64,000 nucleotides of DNA from an uncultured delta proteobacterium (lineage in GTDB: Bacteria > Desulfobacterota > Binatia > UBA9968). Positions within the stretch are counted from its first letter, which is position 1; each line of letters opens with the position of its first letter. Position numbers and translations under genes: made by a program. The notes below the pieces were generated by a model. The model was not told where the DNA came from. It did not search any database and was given only the letters and a program-made list of their open reading frames with translations. This document shows, piece after piece, positions 1-10,226 of this stretch. The DNA lies in NCBI GenBank assembly GCA_963804165.1, contig CAWDPO010000035.1:64001-128000 (forward strand). The letters are read 5' to 3'.

Positions 1-1042
1 CTTTCTGGTCTTTGCCCGGCTGTGGGACGTAGTAGCCGACTTCCTTCGGCGAGAATGGGTTGGAAAAATCGAGAGCGCGCAGGCCGCCGGCAAACCAGGT
101 AACGTAGTGAACATTGTCGTAGACTTGCTCCGCCGGCTGGTGCGCGCCGAAGCGGTTCCCTGGTTTTGTTTCACCGTCATAGGGGACCATATAGTTGGCG
201 ATCGGCATCGGGCGGGTTTCTTCGGTGATATCGACCACCCAAAGAAACGCATTGGGCGTCGGCATCAACTTCTCAGCAACTTCTTCGTCGGTGACGATCA
301 TGAAGTCACGGTCCATGATCTTATTCTTAAGCGGCAATGTTGTATGCGTGGGGCAAGGATAGGGCGGGCTCCAGTCGAGGATGCTGATGGTTTTCGGCTG
401 ACTCATGTTCGAGATATCAACGATGGCAAAGCCGCCGTGCCAGTAACTGATATACAACCTATCGCCGCGGCGAATCGGGTGATGACAGCGATGGTCCCAG
501 CCGTGCCACGTCGGCGTTTCGCCGCCGGCCTTCCATTGACCGGGCATCCACCAGCGACCGACTTCCTCCGGCTTCTCAGGATTTTTCAGGTCGAGTATTA
601 GCGCGATGTTGCCGACGTAGCCTTCCATGTGGGGGGAAAGGTAGGCGTAGCGGCCGTCGAAGGTAAATCGGTGGACGCCTTTTTCCGCCGCCTTGAAGAA
701 GGCGATCTCGCGCGGCTTGGTGCGGTCGGAGATGTCGAATACTTTGAGACCGGCTTGGGGTTCCTTCTTGGTTTTGTAGCGCTCGTAGTTGACCAGCATC
801 ACGTCGCCGCTGACGCGCACTTTGTGCGAATGAATCCCTTCGGGGACTTCAAGCCGGGCGACCAGTTTCGGATGCTTAGGGTCGCGCACGTCGATGATTG
901 AGGTGCCGTCGGGCGGTTCGATATGACCGACGTAGGCGTAGCCGTTCTCGACGACGATGGAGCCGCCGCCGGGCAGGTCCGTTCGGCCGATCATCTTGAT
1001 ATTTTTGCTGATACCGACTGGCGAGGTTCCGTTGGTTGCCAT
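1..1042 (-). CDS. LVIVD-repeat beta-propeller protein (runs off the window edge)
   Basis: Hand translation from ATG at 1042 (GGAGG RBS upstream): MATNGTSPVG...YAYVGHIEPPDGTSIIDVRDPKHP...GLKVFDISD...RFGAHQPAEQ...GGLRALDFSNP. Absent from the ORF track because its stop lies outside the window. Confidence 0.8.
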   Translation of the reverse strand, partial: MATNGTSPVGISKNIKMIGRTDLPGGGSIVVENGYAYVGHIEPPDGTSIIDVRDPKHPKLVARLEVPEGIHSHKVRVSGDVMLVNYERYKTKKEPQAGLKVFDISDRTKPREIAFFKAAEKGVHRFTFDGRYAYLSPHMEGYVGNIALILDLKNPEKPEEVGRWWMPGQWKAGGETPTWHGWDHRCHHPIRRGDRLYISYWHGGFAIVDISNMSQPKTISILDWSPPYPCPTHTTLPLKNKIMDRDFMIVTDEEVAEKLMPTPNAFLWVVDITEETRPMPIANYMVPYDGETKPGNRFGAHQPAEQVYDNVHYVTWFAGGLRALDFSNPFSPKEVGYYVPQPGKDQK

Positions 1043-1068
1043 GACTGCCTCCTGGAAATTAGCTGCGT

Positions 1069-1707
1069 TTAGCTGCTCGCTCTTTGCATCATCGCGATCA
1101 CCTGGTCCGTGGTCCGCACACGCGACATGCGCGGTAAAATTAACTCCATCAAGGTATCGTGCGCGCGTTGGTCGTGTGAAGTGCCACAGGCGTCGCTGAC
1201 GACGATCATGTTATAATCCAAGTCCCTGCCCGAATACAAAGTCGAAGTCACGCCGACGTCGGTGGAGCCGCCGGAGATAATAACCGTGTCGATGCCGCGG
1301 GTGCGCAGCGCCAAATCCAAATACGTCTGAAAAAATGCGCTCCAGCGGTATTTGACGACGTAATAGTCGTCCGCCGCCGGTTCCAGATCGGCGAGCACGT
1401 CGGAGCTTTTGTCGCCGGCGATCACGTGCATTTTCGTCTTGGTCACTTCACCCTTGGGCCACGGCGTGAGCGAGTTGTTCGTGTCCGTGAGGATCAGAGC
1501 GGTGGTGGCATTGTCCGGCCGATGATTGCCCTTGGCCAAAAAAATCGGCAGTCCAGCCGCGCGGCCGGCCTTGCTGAGCCGGACGGCGTTTTGAATCCAC
1601 GGTTTCAAAGCGCCCGGCTTGCCCGGCTCCGGTTCAGAGACGTAGCCGTTGAGTATGTCGAAAAATAGCAAGGCGGTCTTCTTGAGCTCAAAGTGGTTGA
1701 CGTTCAT
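1069..1707 (-). CDS. Isochorismatase-family cysteine hydrolase
   Basis: ALLFFD, VVKYRWSAF, SGGSTDVGV and VVSDAC motifs; GGAGG RBS before the MNVNH start. Confidence 0.85.
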   Translation of the reverse strand: MNVNHFELKKTALLFFDILNGYVSEPEPGKPGALKPWIQNAVRLSKAGRAAGLPIFLAKGNHRPDNATTALILTDTNNSLTPWPKGEVTKTKMHVIAGDKSSDVLADLEPAADDYYVVKYRWSAFFQTYLDLALRTRGIDTVIISGGSTDVGVTSTLYSGRDLDYNMIVVSDACGTSHDQRAHDTLMELILPRMSRVRTTDQVIAMMQRASS

Positions 1708-1715
1708 TGCGCCTC

Positions 1716-2471
1716 CTAGCGAATCTTGATGCCCTTCTTTTCTTTTTCTTCGACGACTTTCCAGCCCTCTTTCGCGTACCATTCGATTTGGCGGAACATG
1801 CCGGTGAAAATTCGTACGTCTTTTTCTTCCAATCCGGCGCGGCCGAAAATCCGCCGGAAGGCGAGCAGCATATGCTCGGGATTCTCCGCGTCCAGAAAGC
1901 CGATCTTGAGCAGGGAATTTCTCATGATGTCGAAGAGTCTTTCGATTTGTTCGGCCTCAGCCCTCTGAATTCCACTATCCGGGGGCGCTAGCGATGCGAC
2001 GTAAAACTCGTAGAGACAGATCATCACGGCTTGAGCAACGTTTAGCGATTGATACTCGGGATGGGTCGGGATGGTGATCAGCAACTGACAATGCTCCAGA
2101 TCTTTGTTGCTCAGTCCGTGATCTTCGGGTCCGAAGATCAATGCGACTTTACTATTTTTTGCGGTGGAAACGATAGCGGCTGCGGCCTGCCTCGGTGTCT
2201 GGCTGTGACTCCGATAAAGTCCTGAACGACAGGTGGTACCGACGACAAGCGTGCAGTCGGCGATCGCTTCGCGAAGAGTCTCATAGCACCTGGCATCGGC
2301 CAAGATTTCTCGGCCATGCACCGCCATCGCTCTCGCCCAAAAACTCCTCGTCCGCGCTTTGCCAACGATGGCGAGCTCGCCGGCGCCGACGTTTTTCATC
2401 GCACGCGCCACCGAGCCGATATTGCCGGAGCCGCGCGGGCGAACCATTATTATGCGGAGATTGTTCAACAT
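1716..2471 (-). CDS. trmJ: SPOUT RNA methyltransferase, TrmJ/LasT family
   Basis: GNIGSVARAMKN, FGPEDHGLSN and YQSLNVAQAV motifs. Confidence 0.88.
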   Translation of the reverse strand: MLNNLRIIMVRPRGSGNIGSVARAMKNVGAGELAIVGKARTRSFWARAMAVHGREILADARCYETLREAIADCTLVVGTTCRSGLYRSHSQTPRQAAAAIVSTAKNSKVALIFGPEDHGLSNKDLEHCQLLITIPTHPEYQSLNVAQAVMICLYEFYVASLAPPDSGIQRAEAEQIERLFDIMRNSLLKIGFLDAENPEHMLLAFRRIFGRAGLEEKDVRIFTGMFRQIEWYAKEGWKVVEEKEKKGIKIR

Positions 2472-2529
2472 CGGGTCAACAGTGGGATCGGCTGGAATCA
2501 CCTGAACGACTTCCACCGTTCGGCGTTTG

Positions 2530-2565
2530 CGTTCCAATCGTTCAAAACGTTCCAGTCGTCGGAGA
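2530..2565 (+). repeat. 9-bp-period tandem repeat (CGTTCMANN), copy 1
   Basis: cgttccaat-cgttcaaaa-cgttccagt-cgtcggaga. Confidence 0.6.
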
Positions 2566-2599
2566 AAAAATATCGAAAACAGCACTACCGCCGGAGCAC

Positions 2600-3253
2600 T
2601 TATTTAGCAAATGGGCAGGCGCGGTTTTTTTGCACGATGGCGCGATTCTTTGCGTCGAATTCGGTGCGGTAACCGAACTCTTCGTGCATCAGGGAATCCC
2701 TATCGTTGACATGCTCGGCGCCGAAGACGTGACCGATCTCGTGAATCAAAGCGATCACGTCGAACTCCGGCTCGACGTTGGGCCCCTGGTAGTGAAATAC
2801 CTTGGTGATCGGCACGACCACATATTTTGCCAGGCCGTGATTGCAATCGCCGATTCGATCGACCCGCGGCCGGCCCGCGATGAGGATACGGCTCACGCCT
2901 TCGGCCGTGAAGGCGATGAGCAGATCGTAACCCTGCTTCTGCGCTTGGCCGCTAAACTCTTTTTGCATCTTGGCTAAGAGATTGGGAGTTGACGGAATAC
3001 GCTCCGCTTCGGGCCAGGCAGAAGTACTTTGTGTGATGAGACGAATGTCGAATTCTCGCTCGTAATAGTCCGAAGCGGCTTCGACGAGGCCGCGGGCTTC
3101 TTCGGCCCAGCTCGCATTTCGCGCGCGGAAAGAAACGTCGGCAACGACGCTGACGCGCACCACGCGGCGCGGCGTGTCAGGTCCGAGAAGTGTGCAAGAG
3201 CAGATAAGAAGCGCGCTAAGGATTGAGCAGATCGTCAGTCGGCGCGTAATCAT
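2600..3253 (-). CDS. Zinc metalloprotease lipoprotein (metzincin, M12/matrixin-like)
   Basis: HEIGHVFGAEH zinc motif, Met-turn SLM, lipobox-like N-terminus. Confidence 0.8.
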   Translation of the reverse strand: MITRRLTICSILSALLICSCTLLGPDTPRRVVRVSVVADVSFRARNASWAEEARGLVEAASDYYEREFDIRLITQSTSAWPEAERIPSTPNLLAKMQKEFSGQAQKQGYDLLIAFTAEGVSRILIAGRPRVDRIGDCNHGLAKYVVVPITKVFHYQGPNVEPEFDVIALIHEIGHVFGAEHVNDRDSLMHEEFGYRTEFDAKNRAIVQKNRACPFAK

Positions 3254-4724
3254 CGGTCAGTATCGGAACATCTTCGGGAACAGGTCGATCAAAATAGGAC
3301 AACGCGATGTCTTGGATCGGATCCGGAAACAAACCTTTATCGATGGCGCTGGCGCGCTTGACGATCTCTTTGATATCGAGTCGTTGCTTCTCGCGCGTCG
3401 CGATGACAATGACGTTTTGAATCGTGTCCAAGCTGACGTTGTCGGCGCGGCGCGCGGCGAAAACATAAGTTTGCGGATAAATTTGCCGCTGCGTTCGGAC
3501 AAAGGCGCGGACGATCTTACCTGAAGGACCGGTAACGGCGCTGATCAGGTTGGCGACGATGATACCATTCGGCGTAAGTCTTTTTTGCGCGAGCTCGAAG
3601 AATTGCTTGGTCGTGAGATGGAACGGAATGGCATCGGTAAAGTACGCATCGAGGAGAATAATGTCGTATTGACTCTGCGTGCGCGTCAGGAACAGCCTGC
3701 CGTCCTGCGCGTGGAGTCGCAGATTCTTGCCTTCCTTCACATTGAAGTGGTCCTTGGCGATCCTGATGACTTCGGGGTCGATCTCCACGGCGTCGATTTC
3801 GATGTTGGGAAACTCTTTCTGTATTTTCTTCGGTATCGAGCCTCCACCCAGCCCGATGATCAACATCTTCTTGGCGTCCGGCCGAAAAGTGAATCCCAGG
3901 GACGTATAGCGTGAGTAAATGAGCCGCAACGCCGTTGGGTCCTTGAGATTCATGGCGCTCTGGAGCGTGCGGTCAAAATACATATAGCGCGCTTCGTCGT
4001 CCTCTTCGACGCGAATGCGATGATAAAAGGTTTCTTTTTGCAAGATTGTTTTTGCCCAAGCCGCCGGCGTCCAGAACATGTTCATCGATCCCAGGGTGAG
4101 TGACACGGTGGCGACAGCTCGCGACAAAGAAACGCCCTGCAGCCGCACCAACGGTACTACAACAAGGGACAAACATACCAGCGTGATGCCGAGAGTATGA
4201 ATAATGTTGCTTACACCCAACACGGGGATCAAGTAAAACGCCGTCAGCAGCGTGCCGCAAATGCTACCGCAGGTCGATACCGCATAGAGCGTTCCGGCGG
4301 TGCTCCCCACGGTATGCAATCGAGTTGCGGCGAGACGGATGACGTAGGGAGATATGGTGCCCAGAAATATTCCCGGCAAAAGAAACAACACGCTGCAGGC
4401 GATCAGCGGGTTGAGCCGGCTGCCAAAATCAATGCTGGCGATCCAGTCGTTGACCGCGGGATAGATGAACGGCAGGAAAAAGATCAGAATGCCGGGGATC
4501 ACGAGCAGCAAGAGCAGCTTGCCGTAGGAGGGCTCGCGCGCCGACAGCCAGCCACCCCAATAGTAGCCGATGCTCAACGCGGCCATCACCACCGAGATCA
4601 GGCTGCCCCAGACGAAGATCGAGCTGCCGAAGTTTGGCGCGAGCACGCGGCTGCCGACGATTTCGAGCGACATCAACACTGCACCGCTGATGAAGACGAC
4701 AAAGTTGAGCGTGAATTGCAGCAT
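3216..4724 (-). CDS. Fused MFS-like membrane domain / spermidine synthase-like protein
   Basis: N-terminal hydrophobic helices (EIVGSRVLAPNFGSS) then IGLGGG, VEIDPEV, DGRLFL, LLDAY, LTDDYAP. Confidence 0.88.
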   Translation of the reverse strand: MLQFTLNFVVFISGAVLMSLEIVGSRVLAPNFGSSIFVWGSLISVVMAALSIGYYWGGWLSAREPSYGKLLLLLVIPGILIFFLPFIYPAVNDWIASIDFGSRLNPLIACSVLFLLPGIFLGTISPYVIRLAATRLHTVGSTAGTLYAVSTCGSICGTLLTAFYLIPVLGVSNIIHTLGITLVCLSLVVVPLVRLQGVSLSRAVATVSLTLGSMNMFWTPAAWAKTILQKETFYHRIRVEEDDEARYMYFDRTLQSAMNLKDPTALRLIYSRYTSLGFTFRPDAKKMLIIGLGGGSIPKKIQKEFPNIEIDAVEIDPEVIRIAKDHFNVKEGKNLRLHAQDGRLFLTRTQSQYDIILLDAYFTDAIPFHLTTKQFFELAQKRLTPNGIIVANLISAVTGPSGKIVRAFVRTQRQIYPQTYVFAARRADNVSLDTIQNVIVIATREKQRLDIKEIVKRASAIDKGLFPDPIQDIALSYFDRPVPEDVPILTDDYAPTDDLLNP

Positions 4725-4726
4725 TG

Positions 4727-6745
4727 TTAACTCTCCCAATCCCAATAGGATCCCTCGGGCACAAGCGCCACCGGTTCGAGCAATCGGTGCGATATGTCCT
4801 CGATGAACTGCGACGGGCGCGACAATACCATGCGCAGAGTCTTGTCGAAAACTCGATTCGGATAGCTGATGAACAGATTTTGTTTCGCGCGGGTCGCGGC
4901 GACGTAGAGCAAGCGGCGCTCTTCTTCCCGGTCCTCGTCGGTGTTGATGTTGTACAACGAGGGGAACCTTCCTTCCAGCGCCCAGATGATGAACACCGAG
5001 TGAAATTCGAGACCCTTGGCCGAATGAATAGTTGAAAGGACCAGCGGACCTTCGTCCGGATCGACCGCCAGCACGCCACCGATGCTGTCGTTGGGCGGCT
5101 CGAGCGCCATGTCGCTCAGCAAACGTTCGAGGCTGCGGTAGCGCTCGGTCATGCCCTGAAAATGCTCCAGGTCGCGCAGGCGCTTGGGATGATCGTCTGG
5201 GTAGTTCTGCTTGAGTATGGGCACGTAATACTGCAGCAGATACTGCAACTGCTCAGACGGCAACTCGGCGCGCTCGGCTTCTTCGAGCACTTGAGCGAGC
5301 GTTCTAAGTTCCTGGGCGATCTTACCTTTGGCATTGTACGAACGCAGTCGCCCAACGGCGTTGGAACCTGCGAGCAGCCATTTGGTAATTTTCTGGCTTG
5401 CCCCCGGACCAATGCCTTCGAGCAGCATCAACACTCTGTGCCATGAGATTGTGTCCTGCGGATTGGCCAGAACGCGCAAGTGGGCGAGCAAGTCTTTGAC
5501 GTGAGAGGTTTCCATGAATTGAAAACCGCCGCGCTTGACGAACGGGATTTTGTGGCGCGTCAGCTCGATTTCCAAGTCGAAGGAATGAAAGCTCGAGCGA
5601 AATAGCACGGCGATGTCCCACAACGGCACGCCTTCCTCGCGCAGCTCGAGAATTTTCTGACAGACGAACTGCGACTGCATTTGCTCGCTGCCCGCTTGCA
5701 CGAGCTTGGGCCGCGCGCCGGAACTCTTGCTGGTGAATAACCGCTTTTCGTAGCCTTCTTTGGCGCGCTGAATGATCTCGTTGGTCACATTCAAGATCGG
5801 CTGAGTGCTGCGGTAGTTTTCTTCCAGCTTAATGATGCGCGCGCCGGGAAAGTGCTTGGGAAAATCCATGATGTTGCGAAAATTGGCGCCGCGAAACGAA
5901 TAGATACTCTGGGCATCGTCACCGACCACCGCGACGTTATCATGGCTGGCGGCGAGCAAACGGACGATTTCGGCCTGCAGATGATTGGTATCCTGGTACT
6001 CGTCGACCATGATGAAGCGGTAGGTGTCGGATAACCGATGCCTCACTTCTACGTGATCGGCCAGCAGATCACGCAGCCGGGTCAAGAGATCGTCATAGTC
6101 AAGCAGCGATTTGGTGCGTTTGTAATCGGTGTAGCGGCGAAAAAGCTCGGCGAGCTCATCGTTGACCTCGATCAGATGGGGGTATTCCAACTCGAGTAAA
6201 TCGTTCAGCGGAGTTTGCTTGTTGAGCGACATGCTGAAGATCTCGCCCACCGTCTGTTTGCGCGGAAACCGTTTATCCTTGGTGTTGAGACCCAACTCGG
6301 TGCGGATTAACTGGATCACATCTTCGCTGTCGGTGCGGTCCATAATAGTGAACGACGGCGCGAGGCCGATGTGGCGGCCGGAGACGCGCAACACGAGATT
6401 GGCGAAGGAATGGAATGTGCCGCCGGCGACCTGACTACAGCGGCTATCGATCAAAAGACTGGCGCGCCGAAGCATCTCCTCGGCGGCGCGGCGAGTAAAA
6501 GTCAGGAGCAAAATCGAGCGCGGATCGACACCTTGATCGATCAGATGAGCGACTCGATAGACCAGAGTGCGGGTCTTGCCTGTGCCGGCGCCGGCGATGA
6601 TGAGCAGCGGCCCTTCCATGGTGGTCGCCGCCTCGTACTGCGCTTCGTTCAACTCTTTACGGTAATCGAGCCCTGAAGTGTTGCGATCGACGGGTGTGAA
6701 ATTTTTAAGAATGTAGGTCGTCGTCAAGGAAACTCCAATCGCCAC
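4727..6745 (-). CDS. ATP-dependent DNA helicase, UvrD/PcrA/Rep family
   Basis: AGAGTGKT, VDEYQDTN, VGDDAQSIYSFRGA, EENYRST, TIHSAKGLEF, EERRLLYVAATRA. Confidence 0.95.
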   Translation of the reverse strand: MAIGVSLTTTYILKNFTPVDRNTSGLDYRKELNEAQYEAATTMEGPLLIIAGAGTGKTRTLVYRVAHLIDQGVDPRSILLLTFTRRAAEEMLRRASLLIDSRCSQVAGGTFHSFANLVLRVSGRHIGLAPSFTIMDRTDSEDVIQLIRTELGLNTKDKRFPRKQTVGEIFSMSLNKQTPLNDLLELEYPHLIEVNDELAELFRRYTDYKRTKSLLDYDDLLTRLRDLLADHVEVRHRLSDTYRFIMVDEYQDTNHLQAEIVRLLAASHDNVAVVGDDAQSIYSFRGANFRNIMDFPKHFPGARIIKLEENYRSTQPILNVTNEIIQRAKEGYEKRLFTSKSSGARPKLVQAGSEQMQSQFVCQKILELREEGVPLWDIAVLFRSSFHSFDLEIELTRHKIPFVKRGGFQFMETSHVKDLLAHLRVLANPQDTISWHRVLMLLEGIGPGASQKITKWLLAGSNAVGRLRSYNAKGKIAQELRTLAQVLEEAERAELPSEQLQYLLQYYVPILKQNYPDDHPKRLRDLEHFQGMTERYRSLERLLSDMALEPPNDSIGGVLAVDPDEGPLVLSTIHSAKGLEFHSVFIIWALEGRFPSLYNINTDEDREEERRLLYVAATRAKQNLFISYPNRVFDKTLRMVLSRPSQFIEDISHRLLEPVALVPEGSYWDWES

Positions 6746-7318
6746 GTAAGGTACCTATTTTCCGGCAGGGGAGCAAGCGTTGATGCGGCGCCGGAGCGCC
6801 ACAAGGCGAAAATTTGCATTGCGACAGCTCGTCCGGTCGAAAAAAGAAACTTTTAGAAGGGAATCGTGAATATCGCGTTCTGGCGGAGCGACAACCACGC
6901 GCGCGCGACGCTCGAAGATGTCTGGCCGGGAACCGGATAGAACGGCCAACCGCGAGCGACCGCAGCGAAACCGTGACGGCTATTCTGACCTCAAGAAAAT
7001 CTCGAAAAGAAACTCCATCCCCAGAGCGCTAGGCTAGCCCGCGGGCCGAAAGATCCCCTCGTCTCAAAGAAGACGACCATCGCTCATGCGTCGTTTCAAA
7101 TCGATTGCATTGCCTGCTGCACCTGCCGGCTTGACTTTTCGTTGCGTGGGATCAGAGGCTTTGTCGGGAAAGTTCGATATTTCTGCCGAAATCCGACACG
7201 TCGCACGTATTTTTCTCCGTACATAGCGCAGGGCTTCTCATACAATTGACGCCTTTCCAATTCATGGCGCATCGTCGAATCCTTCTGAATTTTGGCATGC
7301 TTAGGTCAGAAATGATGG

Positions 7319-7335
7319 TTGGTACGAGGCTTGCG
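7319..7335 (+). promoter_or_regulatory. Sigma-54 (-24/-12) promoter
   Basis: tTGGTACGAGGCTTGCg: GG-N10-GC, one mismatch to TGGCACG-N4-TTGC. Confidence 0.55.
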
Positions 7336-7545
7336 GAATTCCTGATCATTAGCGTCGCGTGTGGCTGGTCGCGATCGTTAATCTCTGAGACTTCTTGCTA
7401 ACCCCAAGATCCGGTCGAGGAATAACGTGGATTCTCTGGCGCGCGGTGGCGAGTTTTTGAATTGAGACTTAGTGAACTCAGGTCGTGATTCCGTCGGATG
7501 TTAGGGGCCGCAAGACCTGGGGCAATTGGATAGGGGAGGTGGCAA

Positions 7546-7707
7546 ATGGCGCGCGGTGTGAAAATGCAAACGACTCTAGGAGACCTAATTGTTGCGCTCA
7601 CCGATGAAGCAGGGCGGGATGTACGCGACGAAAAGATGGCCTACGAGCTTGTCGCTTATATCCTGACGGGCATGATTAACGGTTCGACCCAACGAAGGTT
7701 ACGCTGA
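7546..7707 (+). CDS. Small hypothetical protein (53 aa, not in ORF track)
   Basis: GGGGAGGT RBS then MARGVKMQTTLGDLIVALTDEAGRDVRDEKMAYELVAYILTGMINGSTQRRLR*. Confidence 0.65.
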   Translation: MARGVKMQTTLGDLIVALTDEAGRDVRDEKMAYELVAYILTGMINGSTQRRLR

Positions 7708-7938
7708 GCAGTTGTTCCAAATTTGCAGCCCTCGCAGATCATTCGTTCGGAGCAACAGCCATGTGCCCGGGGAGATCCACGTCGTCACCCGCCGGAATTG
7801 TCGGCGTAGCCGATTGACCGTTGACGCTCTTAACCGGACGCTGATCGAACCCTCACGCAAATTATTGGCAGTGATCGAGGCCAAGCGGGCAGTTAATTTA
7901 TTCGGCAAAGTCAAACAAACGCAGAAAGGAGCAATATT

Positions 7939-8190
7939 GTGAAAAATACAAAGCTTTTAGTGATCGCAGGCGCGACTCTGGGGCTCGCGTTATCGCTGAG
8001 CGCGTGCGACAAGAAATCCGAGGAGGCTCCGTCGGGCATTGGGACGACTCAGGCCCCGCCAGCACCGGACAAAACCGCGCCCGAACAGTCGAGCAAATCT
8101 CCGGGCAGCCCTGAAACAGGAACCGGGGGTACATCGGGATTGATGCCGGAGAAAAAATCCGACGATGTTAGCAAATCACAAAAGGGCTAA
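7939..8190 (+). CDS. Small lipoprotein with low-complexity tail
   Basis: AAGGAG RBS, signal peptide with LSAC lipobox, Pro/Ser/Gly-rich tail. Confidence 0.75.
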   Translation: MKNTKLLVIAGATLGLALSLSACDKKSEEAPSGIGTTQAPPAPDKTAPEQSSKSPGSPETGTGGTSGLMPEKKSDDVSKSQKG

Positions 8191-8231
8191 TACGGCTGCG
8201 GGCGAGATCACACAATCCGCTGGAGTACGCG

Positions 8232-8489
8232 ATGTTTAAAGCGGCCACGCTGTTAATCACATTGCTAGTTCCGGCGATTTTAAGCGCCGCCGAACTGAAG
8301 GGAACGGTATTAAAGGTCAAACGAGCGGAAAATCAAATCGTGCTCAAAACCGAGCGCGGTGAAGAGACGCTCTTGACCACCAAGGCGACCAAGGGCATCG
8401 AGAACGCCAAAGAGGGCGCCAAGGTGATCGTAATCTTCAGCGAGAAGGACGGTCAACCCAAAATTAGTGAAATCGCTCCGGACATTTAA
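8232..8489 (+). CDS. Small exported protein (OB-fold-like)
   Basis: GGAG RBS, signal peptide, beta-rich KGTVLKV...GAKVIVIF pattern. Confidence 0.7.
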   Translation: MFKAATLLITLLVPAILSAAELKGTVLKVKRAENQIVLKTERGEETLLTTKATKGIENAKEGAKVIVIFSEKDGQPKISEIAPDI

Positions 8490-8560
8490 CTAACCGTCGC
8501 TACGCAGTGTATGCGACGCGGGGGCCAAAAATTAGTGCTCCGGCGAAGTGAAAACCAGCG

Positions 8561-8613
8561 GTAGCTGCGCGCTCTCTGCCGTAGAGGCAGAGGGCGCGCG
8601 GGAGATCGCTACC
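8561..8613 (+). other. Strong stem-loop (terminator or leader structure)
   Basis: gcgcgctctctgcc-gtaga-ggcagagggcgcgc with an outer ggtagc/gctacc pairing. Confidence 0.5.
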
Positions 8614-8618
8614 ATGAT

Positions 8619-8825
8619 TTGTGCGCGAAGCGTATCAATGGTGATCGCTCCAATCGTTCGCGCAGTAGAAAATCCGTGAGTCTATTGATTGTTAAATGCC
8701 AGGCCTGCAAGGGGAGGGGGTATGTGCGGAAGTTTTTGCTAGGGCGACGGCTTTGCGGGCACTGCAGAGGCTGGGGGACAACACCCGCCTTCACCGACTA
8801 CAAACGTAAATTCAAAGGGCGATAG
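8619..8825 (+). CDS. Small protein with two DnaJ-type CxxCxGxG motifs (start may be GTG 8676)
   Basis: CQACKGRG and CGHCRGWG. Confidence 0.55.
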   Translation: MCAKRINGDRSNRSRSRKSVSLLIVKCQACKGRGYVRKFLLGRRLCGHCRGWGTTPAFTDYKRKFKGR

Positions 8826-8921
8826 TCGACGAACTTCTAGGGCGGTTTTCTGGCGCTGGCGTCACGCGCCGTAGAAAGGGTGTTAAGCGCGCGAACGGCG
8901 AATTGCGAATTATGAACGCGG

Positions 8922-9567
8922 CTAATGTTTAAGTGCAAAAATCAAAAACGTTTGCCGATCTAAAAAGTCGAGCTCCTGATCTAAGACGTAGCCCGCCTGC
9001 TCCATTTCCCGCTTAATGAATTCACTCGGCGTGTAGTGACGCAGGAGTCCTTCCAACCAAGCGCGGCGGTCGAAGTCGATAATCGCAACCTTGCCTCCGG
9101 GGCGCAGATATTTGCGCAGATTGGAAAAATAGGTCACACGGTTGTCGATGTGATGGTAGGTATTGGACGTAAAAACCAAATCCACGCCGGTGGCGGGAAG
9201 CACCGGGTCGTCGGGTTTGGCGAGAATCGGCTCGATCAGCGACGCGAGCTTCCTTTTTCGCGCGCTCCGCGATCAAAGTGACCATGTCCTGATCGGTGTC
9301 CACGGCGTAGACTTTACCCGTCGGGGCGACGGCTTTTGCCAACCTGAAGGCAAAATAGCCACCCCCTGAGCCAAGATCGGCGACGAGATTTCCCGGTTGC
9401 AAATGGAGTGCGGCGATGACTTTTTCCGGCTGTTGCCAGTCGTCGCGGCTCAAGCCTTCATAGGCGCACTGCTTAAACCGAGCGCAACTAACGATCAGCA
9501 GTGCGCCGAACAGGAAACTGAGAGACCGCCATGTCTTGGCGAACGGCGGCCGAGCAAGTTTCGCCAT
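8922..9567 (-). CDS. Class I SAM-dependent methyltransferase (one frameshift near 9240)
   Basis: ORF 9022..9567 (RDDWQQPEKV, ADLGSGGGYF) continues in ORF 8922..9203 (NTYHHI, LRPGG). Confidence 0.85.
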
Positions 9568-9573
9568 CTTCCT

Positions 9574-9972
9574 TTATGCGCTTGGCTTTGCGGGCGGTGT
9601 TCCCGATGCAACGTGCGCGACTGCGCGCGCCACTTTCTGTCGCAGATCGACAACGTCGAACGGCTTGCCGATAAAATCGAATGCGCCGCAGGTTGTCGCT
9701 TGAGCTGCCAACTGTTGGGAGTTGACACCGGTTAGCATGATCACTGCGCAGCCGGGGTGAATCTCCTTGATGCGCCGAAGCACCTCGATGCCGTCGGCTT
9801 TCGGCATCAGCACATCGAGGAGCACGACGTCGGGTTGCGCTTCCTGCACTTGGGAGATTGCAGAGTCGATGTTATCGGCTTCAAGCAAACGGAATGCCTT
9901 GCCGAATACCATTTTTAGTGACTCGCGTACGCCCATCTCGTCGTCTACAAGCAGCAAAAGGGGAGTATCCAT
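9574..9972 (-). CDS. Single-domain response regulator (CheY-like receiver)
   Basis: LLVDDE, VLLDVLMP, MLTG, KPFD. Confidence 0.92.
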   Translation of the reverse strand: MDTPLLLLVDDEMGVRESLKMVFGKAFRLLEADNIDSAISQVQEAQPDVVLLDVLMPKADGIEVLRRIKEIHPGCAVIMLTGVNSQQLAAQATTCGAFDFIGKPFDVVDLRQKVARAVAHVASGTPPAKPSA

Positions 9973-10226
9973 AAATGTCGTTGCGGTGGACGTGCGGTGA
10001 GTGGAGTCCTGCGTTTACTGTCTCACTTACCTGAGCCGCTAGCAAGGATGATTTCTGATGCGCAGATGGAGCCCCGCAGATTAGGGAGTCAGATCGACTT
10101 GAAGGGCAGCACCACGGCGCGTGCCCTTGTCGGTGCAGACCGCTCGTTGGAAAACCGCATGGATCGCCAATCTTTGCTAATTCAAGCTCAGGGAAGCTCG
10201 GGGCGCGGTCAGGCGCCGCAGCGCCA

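Noticed and set aside
107-1199. Plus-strand ORFs 107..601, 629..901 and 957..1199
   Set aside because: Antisense shadows of the minus-strand LVIVD gene
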